From positions 5,760,001-5,824,000 of the forward strand of contig CBDCJH010000002.1 of assembly GCA_965217775.1 (NCBI GenBank): a DNA stretch of 64,000 nucleotides, given 5' to 3'. Below are positions 27,639-38,871 of this stretch, piece by piece. Position numbers and translations under genes: made by a program. Position 1 is the stretch's first letter. The number at the start of each line of letters is the position of its first letter. Below the pieces are notes generated by a model. The model ran no database searches, was not told the DNA's origin, and saw only the letters and a list, made by a program, of their open reading frames with translations. Origin of the DNA: Acidobacteriota bacterium (GTDB lineage Bacteria; Acidobacteriota; UBA6911; RPQK01; JAJDTT01).

Positions 27639-30440
27639 CTATCTGAAGGTGAAACCGTAGAGCCGGGCTTGACCGGCGAGCCGGAAGCGGAGCCGCAGCG
27701 TTCCCGGCAGCGGACGCTGAATCCCTTGGCTGGAGGTCCACCGTACCGGGACCGCCACTCCATCCTGGTTCAGGACTTCACCCGTGGCCAGCACCTTCCG
27801 GGCACCGATCAACTCGACGGCGATTCGGCCCGCGTCACCGGATAGCCCTTCGGCGTTCACCTCAAGATCCGGAGGATGAGAGTCCCCGGTCAGAGGAATC
27901 GTGGTGAACCAGCCCGAGTCCTTCCCTTCAGCCACTTCCAGGCTCACCCACCCGTCTTGCCGAATTGTGGCCAGCCCGGTCTCCATGGGAAGATCGATCC
28001 AGTCGTGGAGCGGCCCGATGCTCACCGGGCTGCCCGAATAGTAGAGCCACAACTCGTCATCCACCCGTATCGGAAGATCTGCAGGGGAGATCCAGCCGGC
28101 ATCCCAGGTCCCGGGTGGCCCCAATGCGACGGCGGGGACACCGTCGAAGACATGGACGAAATGGCGGCCGTCCCGGCTCATCGCCAGTTGTTGGGGACTC
28201 AACTGCAGAGCATCCCAGGCATCGAACAGGCCGACGTAGAACTGGCCCTCGATCCAGACCGACATGGCGTGCTGCTCCACCTCGGATCCGGCCCGCGGCT
28301 GCAGAATTGGATTTTGCGGATCCGGCGTCCATCGGATCAGGTCGGGGCTCCAATACCGGCAGGTCCGGCGAGTGTAGCGCGGAGACAGCAGTCCGGTGCC
28401 GAAACAGTGACGGCCGAAGACCTTCCAGCGGCGTGCCGGATCCGTTTCCAGTTCGTCATGGAAAAGGTTTCTCCGATCACCGAAACGGCCCGGATTTGTC
28501 CCGCCTTCAGGGAGCCGGTCCGGGTTGACCAGCACCCCTTCGGTCCACCGATAGCCGTCCGCCGAGTAGTGGAGGCGGTTGCCACCCGTGTGGTCCACCA
28601 GCGCCTTGTAGCGCTGCTCCGAATCAGGTTCCCGCTCGTCCTTCACCACCATGGCCCAATGGCCGCTCGGCCGGTAAGCGAAGTCCACAATATTGTTCTC
28701 GTTGGACCCCCGGTACTCAACTTGGTTCAGGACGGGCTTGGCCCAGCGGATCCCGTCCTCGCTCTCGGCGTAACCGACTCGATAGCCTCCGGAAATCCTG
28801 CCTTTGAGGGACGCCCTGTCGGTGCCCGAGTACCACATTCGAAACCGGCCGTCATCGAGTAGAACTTCTCCGTAGGCGATGGCCCTGCCGTCGTCCCAGC
28901 TTCCAGCCGGACTGGTGCGCAGAACCGGGTTGGCCGGGTGCTTCCGCATGGGGTGGAAAGAGCGCTTCAGGCCGTCGAGACCGCTCACCTCCTGCATATC
29001 CAGGAACAATACCCTTCGACCGGGCGCCGGTTTCAGGTCGGGAACCTTCAAGCCGTCGAAGTAGACACCTCCGTCGGGGCCTCGGGTGGAGAGGGCCATC
29101 CCCAGAGTTCCGGCGTGCCGGCCCCGGCCTCTCCCCACGGTGTGGAAATGACTCAGGGAAGGGGCTCGCGTCGCCTCTTCGTGGGATACCGGATCTCCGC
29201 CGACCGTCCGGCCCGCATACGGCGCGCCGAACCGGGAGCCAAGCCAACGGGAGTAGAACGTATGACTCCGGGTCGTATTGGTCCAGAACACCCACCCCAC
29301 GTCATGTTGGTCTCGAACCAGGATGGGATGATGGGTGTGCTCCTGTCCCGTGTGCAGTCCCTGGACCGACCAGGTTTCGCCGTCGAAGAAGGCATAGAGG
29401 ATCTGATGCTCCACCTTTTCCCAGGCCACCAGCGCTTGCCGGCCCCAACCGATGACGCTGTGGCTGACGAAACCGGTTCCGTTCCAGGGGACCCAGAGGG
29501 CGGAGGCGGCAAAATCGAGTTGACGTCCGAAATCCTCCACGAAGTTGGGAAATTGGAGGTAAAAGAGATGGTTGAAGCCCTCTCTTGACGACGTCAGATG
29601 CAACGTGCCGAAGCGGTCCAGATCGGCGGCCGGGGCGCCGAAGTCGCCAGGTCGGGTCAGCCGCCGGCGGATCCACTCTCCATCCCTTGGTGAGGTGGCC
29701 CAGAGTTGCCGGGCGGGCCGGCGGGCTCGTCTCGAATAGTGTTGTCCCTGGTCCTGGACCGCATAGATGGTCTCGGAAGACGTTTGGACGACCTGACTGT
29801 AGAGAACCCAGGGCCGTCCCCCGGCGTCGGACACAAGATCTCCCAGTTGGACCCCTTCGCCCTGGTCGAGCCTTTCCGGGCCCGGGGTCCTGCCGTCGGC
29901 CCGGGTCCACTCTTTCTTCTGGGACAGATTGGCGGAAGGGTCCTCGTCTCCGACGGGGCAGCGGGCATACCAGATCCCTTCAGGCTCGGAACTCTGAAAG
30001 ACCAGATGCAGAACGTCGTCCCGGTCGATCACGAGGCTTGCTGTCCGGGCCCCCCGAAACGGGCCGGTCAGGACGGACTGGCTCGATCCTCCGGCAACCA
30101 CTACGGAGGAGTGAAAATCACCGGCAAATTCCGGTTCGGCGCCTTTGGACACCGACAGGTGGATTGCGGGGGCTCCTCCGGCGGCGCCGTCGTGGGCCAG
30201 GAACCAGATTCCCTTGGAGTTGCTGGCGATCTGTCGTCCGTTGGTTCGAGGGAAAGGAGGAACTCCGTTGTGGCTACCCGTACGCAAGGTCAGGACCGCG
30301 CTCGCGTCGGCCATGGACCAGAACATGCAAACGGAGAGAATCATTCCACGTGCACAAGCGCGGGTCCGGGCCTTGACCGAAGCAAGAGCCCCTCTCGCGG
30401 GAATGAATTCTTCGGCGCAATCGGCGCGACGTGGAATCAT
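27639..30440 (-). CDS. Large secreted protein with C-terminal GH32/GH43-like five-bladed propeller
   Basis: KHPANPVL, FRMWY, YAESEDGIRW.KP, SRDG.HF, G.WD and G.ATIR.DGWVS motifs; start codon uncertain. Confidence 0.7.
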   Translation of the reverse strand: MIPRRADCAEEFIPARGALASVKARTRACARGMILSVCMFWSMADASAVLTLRTGSHNGVPPFPRTNGRQIASNSKGIWFLAHDGAAGGAPAIHLSVSKGAEPEFAGDFHSSVVVAGGSSQSVLTGPFRGARTASLVIDRDDVLHLVFQSSEPEGIWYARCPVGDEDPSANLSQKKEWTRADGRTPGPERLDQGEGVQLGDLVSDAGGRPWVLYSQVVQTSSETIYAVQDQGQHYSRRARRPARQLWATSPRDGEWIRRRLTRPGDFGAPAADLDRFGTLHLTSSREGFNHLFYLQFPNFVEDFGRQLDFAASALWVPWNGTGFVSHSVIGWGRQALVAWEKVEHQILYAFFDGETWSVQGLHTGQEHTHHPILVRDQHDVGWVFWTNTTRSHTFYSRWLGSRFGAPYAGRTVGGDPVSHEEATRAPSLSHFHTVGRGRGRHAGTLGMALSTRGPDGGVYFDGLKVPDLKPAPGRRVLFLDMQEVSGLDGLKRSFHPMRKHPANPVLRTSPAGSWDDGRAIAYGEVLLDDGRFRMWYSGTDRASLKGRISGGYRVGYAESEDGIRWAKPVLNQVEYRGSNENNIVDFAYRPSGHWAMVVKDEREPDSEQRYKALVDHTGGNRLHYSADGYRWTEGVLVNPDRLPEGGTNPGRFGDRRNLFHDELETDPARRWKVFGRHCFGTGLLSPRYTRRTCRYWSPDLIRWTPDPQNPILQPRAGSEVEQHAMSVWIEGQFYVGLFDAWDALQLSPQQLAMSRDGRHFVHVFDGVPAVALGPPGTWDAGWISPADLPIRVDDELWLYYSGSPVSIGPLHDWIDLPMETGLATIRQDGWVSLEVAEGKDSGWFTTIPLTGDSHPPDLEVNAEGLSGDAGRIAVELIGARKVLATGEVLNQDGVAVPVRWTSSQGIQRPLPGTLRLRFRLAGQARLYGFTFR

Positions 30441-30447
30441 CGAGCCG

Positions 30448-33348
30448 TCAACGATAGGTGATCCAGATGGGGGAGGACCAGGCCACATGCCCGTCGTCCT
30501 GTTGGAGACGGACGTAATAGAAGTGGGTTCCGGGCTCCGGGTCCGTTTCCAGAAAGGAGAAGTCGACCCGGCTCCGGCCCGGCTTTCGGGTGTAGACGAC
30601 CCGGTTGTCCCGGATCAGGACGACGTCGGCAACCGGCCCGGTTCCCTCGGCGTGAACCCGGAGCGTGGGACCCGAATCGGCGTCGAAGGCATCCCCCATG
30701 ATGTGGGTGCGGCCACCCTCTTCCGCCCTGAAATCGAGGACGATGTTGTCGGTGGCGGCGTAGGCGTGGCGCCGGCGCATGGCGTCCATCAACCCTTCGG
30801 CGTCGAAGCGCTCGACCAGCAGGCAGGCGTAGGAGTAGTGGGTGGACCAGTGATCGGAGCTGGCCTGCACTCCCAGCCGGTACCCCTTCTCCCAGGCCTT
30901 CCAGACAAAGCCTTCCTCCAGGTAGCCGCCCCGATGGGTGGAGGCATCTTCCCGAACCGCCGCGAGAGGAGCTCCCGGACGTTCGTAGGAGGTCCGGTCC
31001 CCCTGGAAGATCTCCACCAGCGGCTCCACGTCCCCGGCATGGTCCCGCCAGTCGGTCCCCATGGTGGGGGTTCCGGAAGTGTGGGGCATGGAGAGCCCCT
31101 GGTACTTCCTGAGGTAGTCGTAGAGTACGTCGCCCGTATCGACGGCTCCCGAACGCTCCCGGGGTCCGGCCTGGAGTACGGGCGCTCCTCTACCGGCAAA
31201 GACCACGTTCCGGTGTCCGTTGGGGTAACCCATGTTCCGCTCGTATCCCAACAGCGGAACGAACCTGCCGGGGAGGTGGAAACGCTGGATCGATTTCTGG
31301 GTCTCCCACCAGACATACTCTCCCGGGTAGTGGTCGGTGACGGCCAGAAAGTCCAGTGAGGCGGCGTCCAGGGCGTAGCGGTAGGTCTCATGGAGTGAAC
31401 CGTCCAGTGTGCCGTCACCGGAGTAATCGGTGTGCCGGTGCATGTCTCCCCGGACGATCCGGTAGGTCCTCTCGTCCAACTCGATGCGGTAGGAGCGGAT
31501 CCGGTCGAGGTCGCCCGGCTCGTCCCGGTGGTAGGGTTCGACGGGTTCTTCTCGAGGCTGGTGATTTCTCAGTTCAGACACCTCGCCGGCGCGGGGTAGT
31601 TCCAGCCGCCCCACCACCACGTCTTCCTGCAAGGTTCTGGAGTCGGGAGAGGCGCGGTGGATCGATCGGTGGTCCGTAAGCCACGCCATCCATAGAGTTC
31701 CATCCGCAGAGGCATCCAGTGCCAGGGGCATGTCCAACCGCCCCATGCTCCGGGGAAGGACGAAGGGAGTGGACCAGGAGGAACCCTGGTAGAAGACGGC
31801 GTAGGCCTCCCAGCCCGGCCGGTTCATGGATCCATCCCCGGCAGTCGTTTCCTGGTGGCGAAAGAAGAGCCACATACGTCCTCGGCGGTCCCAGAACAGC
31901 CGGGGCAGATCATTGTCGTTTCGAAATCGGATCTGGTGGGATTCTGGCGGACGGCGAAGCCGCAATCCGCTCCGCGAAAGATCGGAGAAATGGTTTTCCA
32001 GGGTCCGAGACAGTTCTTCTACTGGTCGGCTCCACCGATTCCCATCGTAAACGGCCACCCGTATGGTCCGTTCGTCCAGAAAGGTCTGCCGCGACCGGTC
32101 GACCCAGAAGCCCGAATCCTTACCCCAGTTGGGGCCGGATTCGTTCCAGGCGATCCAGACCCGATCCCGGTCGTCACAGGCGACATCGGCATAGGCCTCG
32201 AAGTTTCCGGAGCGAGCCACCGGGACGATTTCCTCCATTCCCTGAGTACCCACCTGGCGCAGGAGAAGGTCGTAGTCGCCCCGTTCGTAGGTATCCCAGA
32301 CGACGTGGACACCGCCCCGGGAATCGACGGCGAGAACGGGTTTCCAATCGTTGGCCATCGACTGACTCACTCTTCGTTCCGGACCCCAGACGCCGGATTG
32401 CATGGATTTGATAAAGATGTCCGATTGGCCCCGGCGAAATCCCTGCCAAACCAGGTGGACCTCTTCTCCGGGCCCGGGTGCGGATCGAGGGTAGAGGTCG
32501 GGATGGGGATCCTCGGTGAGGCGCGTCACCGGGCCCAACACGCCGTCCTGCTCGGAGCGGGCAAAGAGGTCCCAGTTCCCGTCCAGTTGTTGCGACCAGA
32601 TCCACGAGAGGCTGCCGTCGCCGGCTCTCACCATCTGAAGGCCGGAGAGGTCCTGACCCCTTGCGATCTCCAGAGAGGGAGACCAGGCTCCGTCGGCCAG
32701 AACGCGGCTCAGGATCCGTTGCGCGCCGTCCTTGAATTCGATCCAACCGATCCGGCAACCTCCCTCCGCTACGACCAAGGCGGGGAAATCATCGTAGGTC
32801 TGTTCCTGCGTCAGGACCTGGAACAAAGGAACCTGGCTGGCGGCCGCCCGTCCTGCCATGAGGCGGTTTCTCACACCCGGCAACAAGGTGCGGGTGTCGA
32901 CCTTGAAGCGACCTTCAATGGTGGACAGAGTCAGTTCCTGCGGTCGATCCGTCATCGCCAGCAGACCTGGCCACTCCAGCCGCGAATAGGCGCTCGTGCT
33001 ACGGAGAGAGTTCCCTCCAACGAACATCTGGTTGCCGGTCGGCTCTTCCCAATAGAGCGGGGTGCGAGGATCATATTTCCGGGTTCGTGCGGTCCAGGAG
33101 AATCCTGGACCCACCGAGGTGTCCCCGCCGGTTCGCCAAGGCAGGATTCGGACCGACCCCGGCTCCGCTTCCAGGCGTCCACTCCAATCGGATGGCCTGG
33201 GATCGTCGAGTCCCAACTCGATCAGGAAGCACTGCTTCCGCGAGGTCAGATCGGACGGCAGCGTCCGGTCTCCTGCCGGCCCGGTTCCGCAGCCGGACAA
33301 GAGGAGGGCTGCGATCAGGAAACCGGCTTTAAGTGTCGTGTGCTTCAA
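30448..33348 (-). CDS. Lipoprotein with C-terminal PHP-like metallohydrolase (CehA/McbA / DUF3604-like) domain
   Basis: LSGC lipobox; GDMHRHT..S.DG, DF.AVTDH, GYE, GHRNV, ASSDH and YYVRL.Q.DG..AWSSPIW motifs. Confidence 0.8.
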   Translation of the reverse strand: MKHTTLKAGFLIAALLLSGCGTGPAGDRTLPSDLTSRKQCFLIELGLDDPRPSDWSGRLEAEPGSVRILPWRTGGDTSVGPGFSWTARTRKYDPRTPLYWEEPTGNQMFVGGNSLRSTSAYSRLEWPGLLAMTDRPQELTLSTIEGRFKVDTRTLLPGVRNRLMAGRAAASQVPLFQVLTQEQTYDDFPALVVAEGGCRIGWIEFKDGAQRILSRVLADGAWSPSLEIARGQDLSGLQMVRAGDGSLSWIWSQQLDGNWDLFARSEQDGVLGPVTRLTEDPHPDLYPRSAPGPGEEVHLVWQGFRRGQSDIFIKSMQSGVWGPERRVSQSMANDWKPVLAVDSRGGVHVVWDTYERGDYDLLLRQVGTQGMEEIVPVARSGNFEAYADVACDDRDRVWIAWNESGPNWGKDSGFWVDRSRQTFLDERTIRVAVYDGNRWSRPVEELSRTLENHFSDLSRSGLRLRRPPESHQIRFRNDNDLPRLFWDRRGRMWLFFRHQETTAGDGSMNRPGWEAYAVFYQGSSWSTPFVLPRSMGRLDMPLALDASADGTLWMAWLTDHRSIHRASPDSRTLQEDVVVGRLELPRAGEVSELRNHQPREEPVEPYHRDEPGDLDRIRSYRIELDERTYRIVRGDMHRHTDYSGDGTLDGSLHETYRYALDAASLDFLAVTDHYPGEYVWWETQKSIQRFHLPGRFVPLLGYERNMGYPNGHRNVVFAGRGAPVLQAGPRERSGAVDTGDVLYDYLRKYQGLSMPHTSGTPTMGTDWRDHAGDVEPLVEIFQGDRTSYERPGAPLAAVREDASTHRGGYLEEGFVWKAWEKGYRLGVQASSDHWSTHYSYACLLVERFDAEGLMDAMRRRHAYAATDNIVLDFRAEEGGRTHIMGDAFDADSGPTLRVHAEGTGPVADVVLIRDNRVVYTRKPGRSRVDFSFLETDPEPGTHFYYVRLQQDDGHVAWSSPIWITYR

Positions 33349-33553
33349 TGGACGAATCTGATTCGACTCCGGGATTCGGGTTCAAAAAGAGCGTAGGCTC
33401 GGTTCCAAGCGCCGGAGAATTGCGTGGCCGCCGCCGAATTATGGCGGGGTACGAGATCTCCGACAGAAAGGTACCACAGGCTCGAAACGTTTTTCGGGCT
33501 GACCTTGGAAGAATAAACGATTAAAATGCTCTGATCCGGGGAGAGCGATTTCC

Positions 33554-34684
33554 GTGAAGAGGCTTTTCGTCGTCCTGATTCTGGGTGCTCTTTTGGCGTG
33601 GGTAGGGCTGCGCCTTTATCGCGAGTTGGCGGTGGAGTCTATGGACGCTCCACAGCGAGGGCCCGCCCTTCTGGTCGAGACCGCCACTGTACGGTCACAC
33701 GCGTTCGAGACCAATCTGGACCTTCTGGGCGAGTTGAGGCCCCAGGCCGTGGTCGAGGTCATGTCCCGGATCAGTGGACGGCTTCAGCAAGTTCTGGCCG
33801 ATCGGGGCGATCCTGTCACCAAAGGGCAGTTGCTGGCCGTCGTCGACGACGTGGATCTCCTGCAGCAGATCCACCGGGCCGAGGCGGCCGTGTCGGTGGC
33901 ATCGGCCGCAGTCACTCGGGAAGAAGCGACCTACCAGAACCTGAAGGTCCAGGTCGCGCGCTACCGTGAGCTCCACGAAGAAAACCTCATCTCGACCCAG
34001 GATCTGGAGGATCTGGTCAGCCGGATGCGGGTTTCGCAGGCGCAGCTGGAACTGGTCAAGGCACAGGTCAGACAGGCGGAGGCCGCGCTGAGCGAGTATA
34101 CGATTCAGCATGACCAGACTCGCATCTACTCTCCGCTGGACGGGTTCGTCGGAGTCCGGCACTTGGAACCGGGGGCATTGGTGAACCCCAGCGTCACCAT
34201 CGTCTCGGTGCTGGAGCTGGAGCGGGTCAAGACGGTGGTTCCGGTCTCGGAAAGCGGGATCAGCAGCATTCGGGTGGGTCTGCCCGCCCGAGTCGTCGTC
34301 GACGTCTATCCCGACCGGGTCTACCAGGGGACCGTCACCCGGATCAGCCCCTTCCTCAATCCGGAGACGCGGAGCGCCGACGTCGAGATCGAGATCATGA
34401 ATCGTGACGGGATGCTGAAGCCGGGGATGTTTGCCCACGCGAGGATCGACGCCAAAATCTCCGAGACGGCGCTCAGCATCCCCCGCTCGGCGTTGCTGAC
34501 CCGCGGCGAGCAGCACGGCGTCTATTTTCTGACCCGGGAACGGACCACGGTGTTTCGGGAGATCGAGATCGGGCGCATCGTGGGCGATGTGGTGGAGGTT
34601 CTGGCCGGCCTGCACGATGGCGCCGAGGTGGTCGCCTCCGGAGCCCAGAACTTGAACGAAGGGGATGCGGTGAGGTCCGAATGA
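33554..34684 (+). CDS. RND efflux periplasmic adaptor (MFP) subunit
   Basis: N-terminal TM helix, lipoyl halves (G..V.KGQLL, I.SPLDG.V), coiled hairpin, LKPGMF. Confidence 0.95.
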   Translation: MKRLFVVLILGALLAWVGLRLYRELAVESMDAPQRGPALLVETATVRSHAFETNLDLLGELRPQAVVEVMSRISGRLQQVLADRGDPVTKGQLLAVVDDVDLLQQIHRAEAAVSVASAAVTREEATYQNLKVQVARYRELHEENLISTQDLEDLVSRMRVSQAQLELVKAQVRQAEAALSEYTIQHDQTRIYSPLDGFVGVRHLEPGALVNPSVTIVSVLELERVKTVVPVSESGISSIRVGLPARVVVDVYPDRVYQGTVTRISPFLNPETRSADVEIEIMNRDGMLKPGMFAHARIDAKISETALSIPRSALLTRGEQHGVYFLTRERTTVFREIEIGRIVGDVVEVLAGLHDGAEVVASGAQNLNEGDAVRSE

Positions 34685-37600
34685 GTCTTCCCGACCTGGC
34701 GATCCGGCGTCCCGTCTTCATCATCGTCGTCTTCCTCATCGTCGCCCTCATGGGCGGGATCTCCTTTCTCAATCTCCCCGTCGACCTGATGCCGGACGTC
34801 ACTTTTCCCACCATCAGCGTGACCACCACCTATCAGGGCGTGGGGCCACGGGAGATCGAGGAACTGATCACCATTCCTCTGGAACGGACCCTGGCCTCCA
34901 CTCCCGGCATCAAGGAAATGACCTCCCGGTCCTCCGAGGGGACCAGCCGCGTGCGGGTCTCGTTCGAGTGGGGAGTGGACCTGGAGGCAGGCGCCGAAGA
35001 ACTCCGCGCCCGGATCGACCGCATTCGTGGACAGTTGCCCGAGGATGCCGATCCTCCGACCTTGTACAAGTACGATCTGAGCATCTTCCCCATCATGTTT
35101 CTGGGAATCTCCAGCGAGTTGCCCCCCAGGGAGTTGCGTGAATTCGCGGAAAAGCAGATCCAGTACCGGTTCGAGAGGATTCCCGGCGTGGCCCAGGCCG
35201 ATATCTGGGGAGGCCTGGAGCGTGAGATCCACGTGGTGATGGACCGGGCCAAGATGCATACCCTCCGCATCAGCCCGGCCCAGGTCATGGCCGCACTGCG
35301 CCGCGAGAATCTGAACGAGCCTGCCGGACACGTCATCGAGGACACGTTCGAAGTGCTGATGCGAACCGAGGGCGAGTACGCCTCGATGGACGAGATCCGG
35401 CGAACCATGGTGACCATCCGGCAGGGTACCCCCATCTACATCGAGGACATCGCCACGGTCGAGGACAGCCATCAGGAAATTCGGCATATGGTGCGGGTCA
35501 ACGACGTCCCGGGCATCAGGATGGGCGTCCGCAAGCAGTCCGGTGCCAACACCGTGCTGGTGGCACGAGAGGTAGACAGGGCCATCGAGAGGATCAATCG
35601 GGACTATCCGCAGGTCCGGGTCTACTCCCTTTACGACACCTCCAAGTTCATCAGCCGGGCGGTGGCCAACGTGCGGGACGCTGCCTTCTATGGTTCGCTC
35701 CTCGCCGTCTTCATTCTCCTGGTGTTCCTGCGCAACTTCCGCAGTGTGCTGGTGGTGGCCATCTCCATCCCCATTTCAGTGCTGGCCGCCTTCGGTTTGA
35801 TGTACTTCAGCGGGTTTACGTTGAACGTGATCACCTTCGGAGGTCTTGCACTGGGGGTCGGCGTGCTCGTGGACAACGCCATCGTCGTGCTGGAGAACAT
35901 CTTCCGGCACCGGCAGGATGGCGAGGAGAAGAAGGCGGCGGCCCGCAACGCAACCAAAGAAGTCGCTCTCGCCATCACTGCGTCGACCCTCACCACCATT
36001 GCCGTATTCCTGCCGGTCGTCTTCATGAGCGGCATGTCCGGTCTCATGTTCCAGCAACTGGCCTGGGTGGTCTCCTTCTCGCTGTTCAGCTCCCTCCTGG
36101 TGTCGCTCACTCTGGTTCCCTTTCTCTCCAGCCGCTTCATTCGCGTCAGGGCACCCGAACGCAAAGGGTGGATCCATGCGATCTCCCGGAAAGGCGAACA
36201 GTGGATGGAAGGATTGGACCGGAGCTATGAGGGCGTTCTCCGCTGGTCCCTGCGGCACCCGATTCTGATCGTTTCCTCCAGCGCCGTGCTGGTTCTGGGC
36301 GGGTTTCTGCTGTTGCCCTTCATCGGTCTCGAGCTGCAGCCGGAGGCGGACGAGGGTCAGGTCCGGGTCCGTCTGGAACTGGCCGAAGGGACCCGCCTGG
36401 AGGTGACGGACCAGTTCGCGCACAAGGCGGAGAGACTGGTGCGGGAGCTGGTTCCAGAACTCGACAACCTCCTGGTGGAGGTCGGTTCGCGCGGAGGTTG
36501 GCGAACGGCCAACACCAATACCGTGACTCTCCGGGTGTACCTGGTTCCGCTGGCGGAGCGGGAGCGGAGCAGCCAGCAGATCGCCGACGCCCTGCGTCCG
36601 GTGTTCGCCAACTTCACGGGAGTCGTCCCCCGTGTCCGCACCAGCGGCGGCAACTATGCCATGCGCTGGGCCACCGAGAGTGAAGGCGATCGCCTCTCCA
36701 TCGACATTCGCGGTCACGACATGAACGAATGTTTCAACCTTGCCGTGCGGATCAAACGGATCATGGAGTCGCTGGAGGGAGTTTCCGACGCCGCCATCAG
36801 CAGGAGCCCGGGCCGGCCCGAAAGTCACATCCGGATCGATCGGGCCAAGGCCGCTACCATGGGTCTCACCGTCTCCAATGTTGCCACCACGGTGCGCGCC
36901 AGCATCGGGGGCAGCGTGGCCGGCTACTTCCGGGAGGGAGGAGACGAGTACGAGATTCTGGTGCGCTATCGGGAAGAGGATCGGCTGAGCAGCGAGGACG
37001 TCCTGGCGATTCCGATCCAGACTCCGGCGGGTTCCGTGTTGCCGCTACGCTCACTGGTGGCTCTGGACCGGAGTGAAGGCCCCAATTCCATCTCCCGGAA
37101 GGATCAGCAGAGAATCGTCTCGGTCTCGGGCAACCTCTCCGGAACCCGCGACATGGGGTCGGTGGTACGCGAGCTGCAACAAGAGGTGCGGCCGCTGGCG
37201 ATGTCTCCGGACATCGCGCTGGTCTTCTCGGGCGAGTGGGAGGAACAGGAGGAGGCCCGATTCCTGTTGCAGATCAGCTTCCTGCTGGCGGTGATCCTGG
37301 TCTATCTGGTGATGGCGGCCCAGTTCGAGTCGTTCAAGTACCCGTTTCTGATCATGTTCTCCATTCCGCTCGCCTTCATCGGAGTGATCCTGGCGTTGTT
37401 TCTGACTCAGACGAACTTCAATCTCCAAGGCTTCATCGGCCTGATCATGTTGGTCGGGATCGTGGTGAACAACGCCATCGTCCTGGTCGACTACGTCCTG
37501 CAGCTCCAACGCCGACACGGTCTGGCGCTGATGGACGCCCTGGTGACGGGAGGCCGCCGCCGGCTTCGTCCGATCCTGATGACCACCCTGACCACGGTCC

Positions 37601-37812
37601 TGGGACTCACTCCCATGGCGATAGGCATCGGCGAAGGCGCCGAGCTTCAGGTCCCGATGGCCCGCGTCCTCATCGGCGGCTTGATCTCTTCCACCTTCAT
37701 GACCCTCTTTCTGATCCCCACCCTGTTTCTCATCCTGGAGCGGCTGTGGAGCTTCCGCCGCCGGGAGACGCCGGATCTGGCCCTGAGCCAACCGTCGAGG
37801 GTGACGGGTTAA
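34681..37812 (+). CDS. RND efflux permease (AcrB/MdtBC family)
   Basis: [31 protein letters not shown] and RLRPILMTT motifs; 1043 aa. Confidence 0.96.
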   Translation: MSLPDLAIRRPVFIIVVFLIVALMGGISFLNLPVDLMPDVTFPTISVTTTYQGVGPREIEELITIPLERTLASTPGIKEMTSRSSEGTSRVRVSFEWGVDLEAGAEELRARIDRIRGQLPEDADPPTLYKYDLSIFPIMFLGISSELPPRELREFAEKQIQYRFERIPGVAQADIWGGLEREIHVVMDRAKMHTLRISPAQVMAALRRENLNEPAGHVIEDTFEVLMRTEGEYASMDEIRRTMVTIRQGTPIYIEDIATVEDSHQEIRHMVRVNDVPGIRMGVRKQSGANTVLVAREVDRAIERINRDYPQVRVYSLYDTSKFISRAVANVRDAAFYGSLLAVFILLVFLRNFRSVLVVAISIPISVLAAFGLMYFSGFTLNVITFGGLALGVGVLVDNAIVVLENIFRHRQDGEEKKAAARNATKEVALAITASTLTTIAVFLPVVFMSGMSGLMFQQLAWVVSFSLFSSLLVSLTLVPFLSSRFIRVRAPERKGWIHAISRKGEQWMEGLDRSYEGVLRWSLRHPILIVSSSAVLVLGGFLLLPFIGLELQPEADEGQVRVRLELAEGTRLEVTDQFAHKAERLVRELVPELDNLLVEVGSRGGWRTANTNTVTLRVYLVPLAERERSSQQIADALRPVFANFTGVVPRVRTSGGNYAMRWATESEGDRLSIDIRGHDMNECFNLAVRIKRIMESLEGVSDAAISRSPGRPESHIRIDRAKAATMGLTVSNVATTVRASIGGSVAGYFREGGDEYEILVRYREEDRLSSEDVLAIPIQTPAGSVLPLRSLVALDRSEGPNSISRKDQQRIVSVSGNLSGTRDMGSVVRELQQEVRPLAMSPDIALVFSGEWEEQEEARFLLQISFLLAVILVYLVMAAQFESFKYPFLIMFSIPLAFIGVILALFLTQTNFNLQGFIGLIMLVGIVVNNAIVLVDYVLQLQRRHGLALMDALVTGGRRRLRPILMTTLTTVLGLTPMAIGIGEGAELQVPMARVLIGGLISSTFMTLFLIPTLFLILERLWSFRRRETPDLALSQPSRVTG

Positions 37813-37814
37813 TC

Positions 37815-38867
37815 TCACCCGCTCCGAGTTCTCCTCGCCAGTCTGCGGATGGCGGCGGCGGCCTCGTCTACGTCCGACTCGCTGATGTCGAGATAGGTGA
37901 CGGCCCTCAAGAAGGTTCCGGGCGTACTGACCCGGACTCCCTCCTCCTCTTCGAGGCGCCGGGCGAACTCCGTGTGGGAGAGGTCCAGTCCCGAAATCTC
38001 GAACCGCACGATGTTGGTCTCCACGGAGGCCAAGTCGATTTCGAGGCCGGGGATCTCCGCGATCTGCAAGGCCAGCCGGCGGGCATTTTCGTGGTCCTCG
38101 GCCAGACGGGTGACATGGTGGCGAAGCGCATGGATCCCGGCTGCCGCAATGATGCCGGCTTGGCGCATGGCCCCGCCGATACGCTGCTTCCACTGCCACG
38201 CTTCCTCGATGAACTCCCGGCTTCCGGCCAGGACGGCGCCTACCGGAGCGCCCAGACCCTTGCTCAGGTCGATCCAGACGGAATCCAGGGTGGCGGCGTA
38301 GTCGGCGACGTCGATCCCGCTGGCCACCGAGGCGTTGAAGAGCCGGGCGCCGTCCATGTGGGTTCGCAATCCCCACTCGTGAGCGATCCGGCAGACCTCC
38401 CGCAACTGCTCCAGAGGCCAGATGCGCCCGCCCGGGGCGTTGACCGTCTGTTCGATGGAGACGGTCCGCATGGTCGGACGATACCGGCTGGGCGGAGCCA
38501 TCAGGGCTCTCACCTGATCCGGTGTGAACATTCCATTCGGCCCGTCAATGGGATACGCCGTGGCCGCCGCCAGCACCGCCGTCCCTCCCGACTCGGCGAT
38601 GAGAGGGTGGGCGGTCCGGTCCAGAAGGATCACGTCTCCAGGCCGGCAGTGGACCGCCAGGGAAATCTGGTTGCACATGGTTCCCGAAGGGAGAAAGACC
38701 GCATCCTCCTTTCCCAGCATCTCCGCCACCATTGCCTGGAGTTCGTTGACCGAAGGGTCCTCTCCCTTCTGCTCGTCCCCGACCGGGGCGAAACAGGCGA
38801 AACGCCGCATTTCCGGAGTGGGCAGGCTCAAAGTGTCGCTGTAAAGGTCGATCCTGATTTCGGGCAT
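37815..38867 (-). CDS. ltaE: Low-specificity L-threonine aldolase
   Basis: IDL.SDT, EDPSV..L, F.PSGTM.NQ, HMDGARLFNA, SKGLGAPVG and GG.MRQAG motifs. Confidence 0.9.
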   Translation of the reverse strand: MPEIRIDLYSDTLSLPTPEMRRFACFAPVGDEQKGEDPSVNELQAMVAEMLGKEDAVFLPSGTMCNQISLAVHCRPGDVILLDRTAHPLIAESGGTAVLAAATAYPIDGPNGMFTPDQVRALMAPPSRYRPTMRTVSIEQTVNAPGGRIWPLEQLREVCRIAHEWGLRTHMDGARLFNASVASGIDVADYAATLDSVWIDLSKGLGAPVGAVLAGSREFIEEAWQWKQRIGGAMRQAGIIAAAGIHALRHHVTRLAEDHENARRLALQIAEIPGLEIDLASVETNIVRFEISGLDLSHTEFARRLEEEEGVRVSTPGTFLRAVTYLDISESDVDEAAAAIRRLARRTRSG

Positions 38868-38871
38868 CGGT

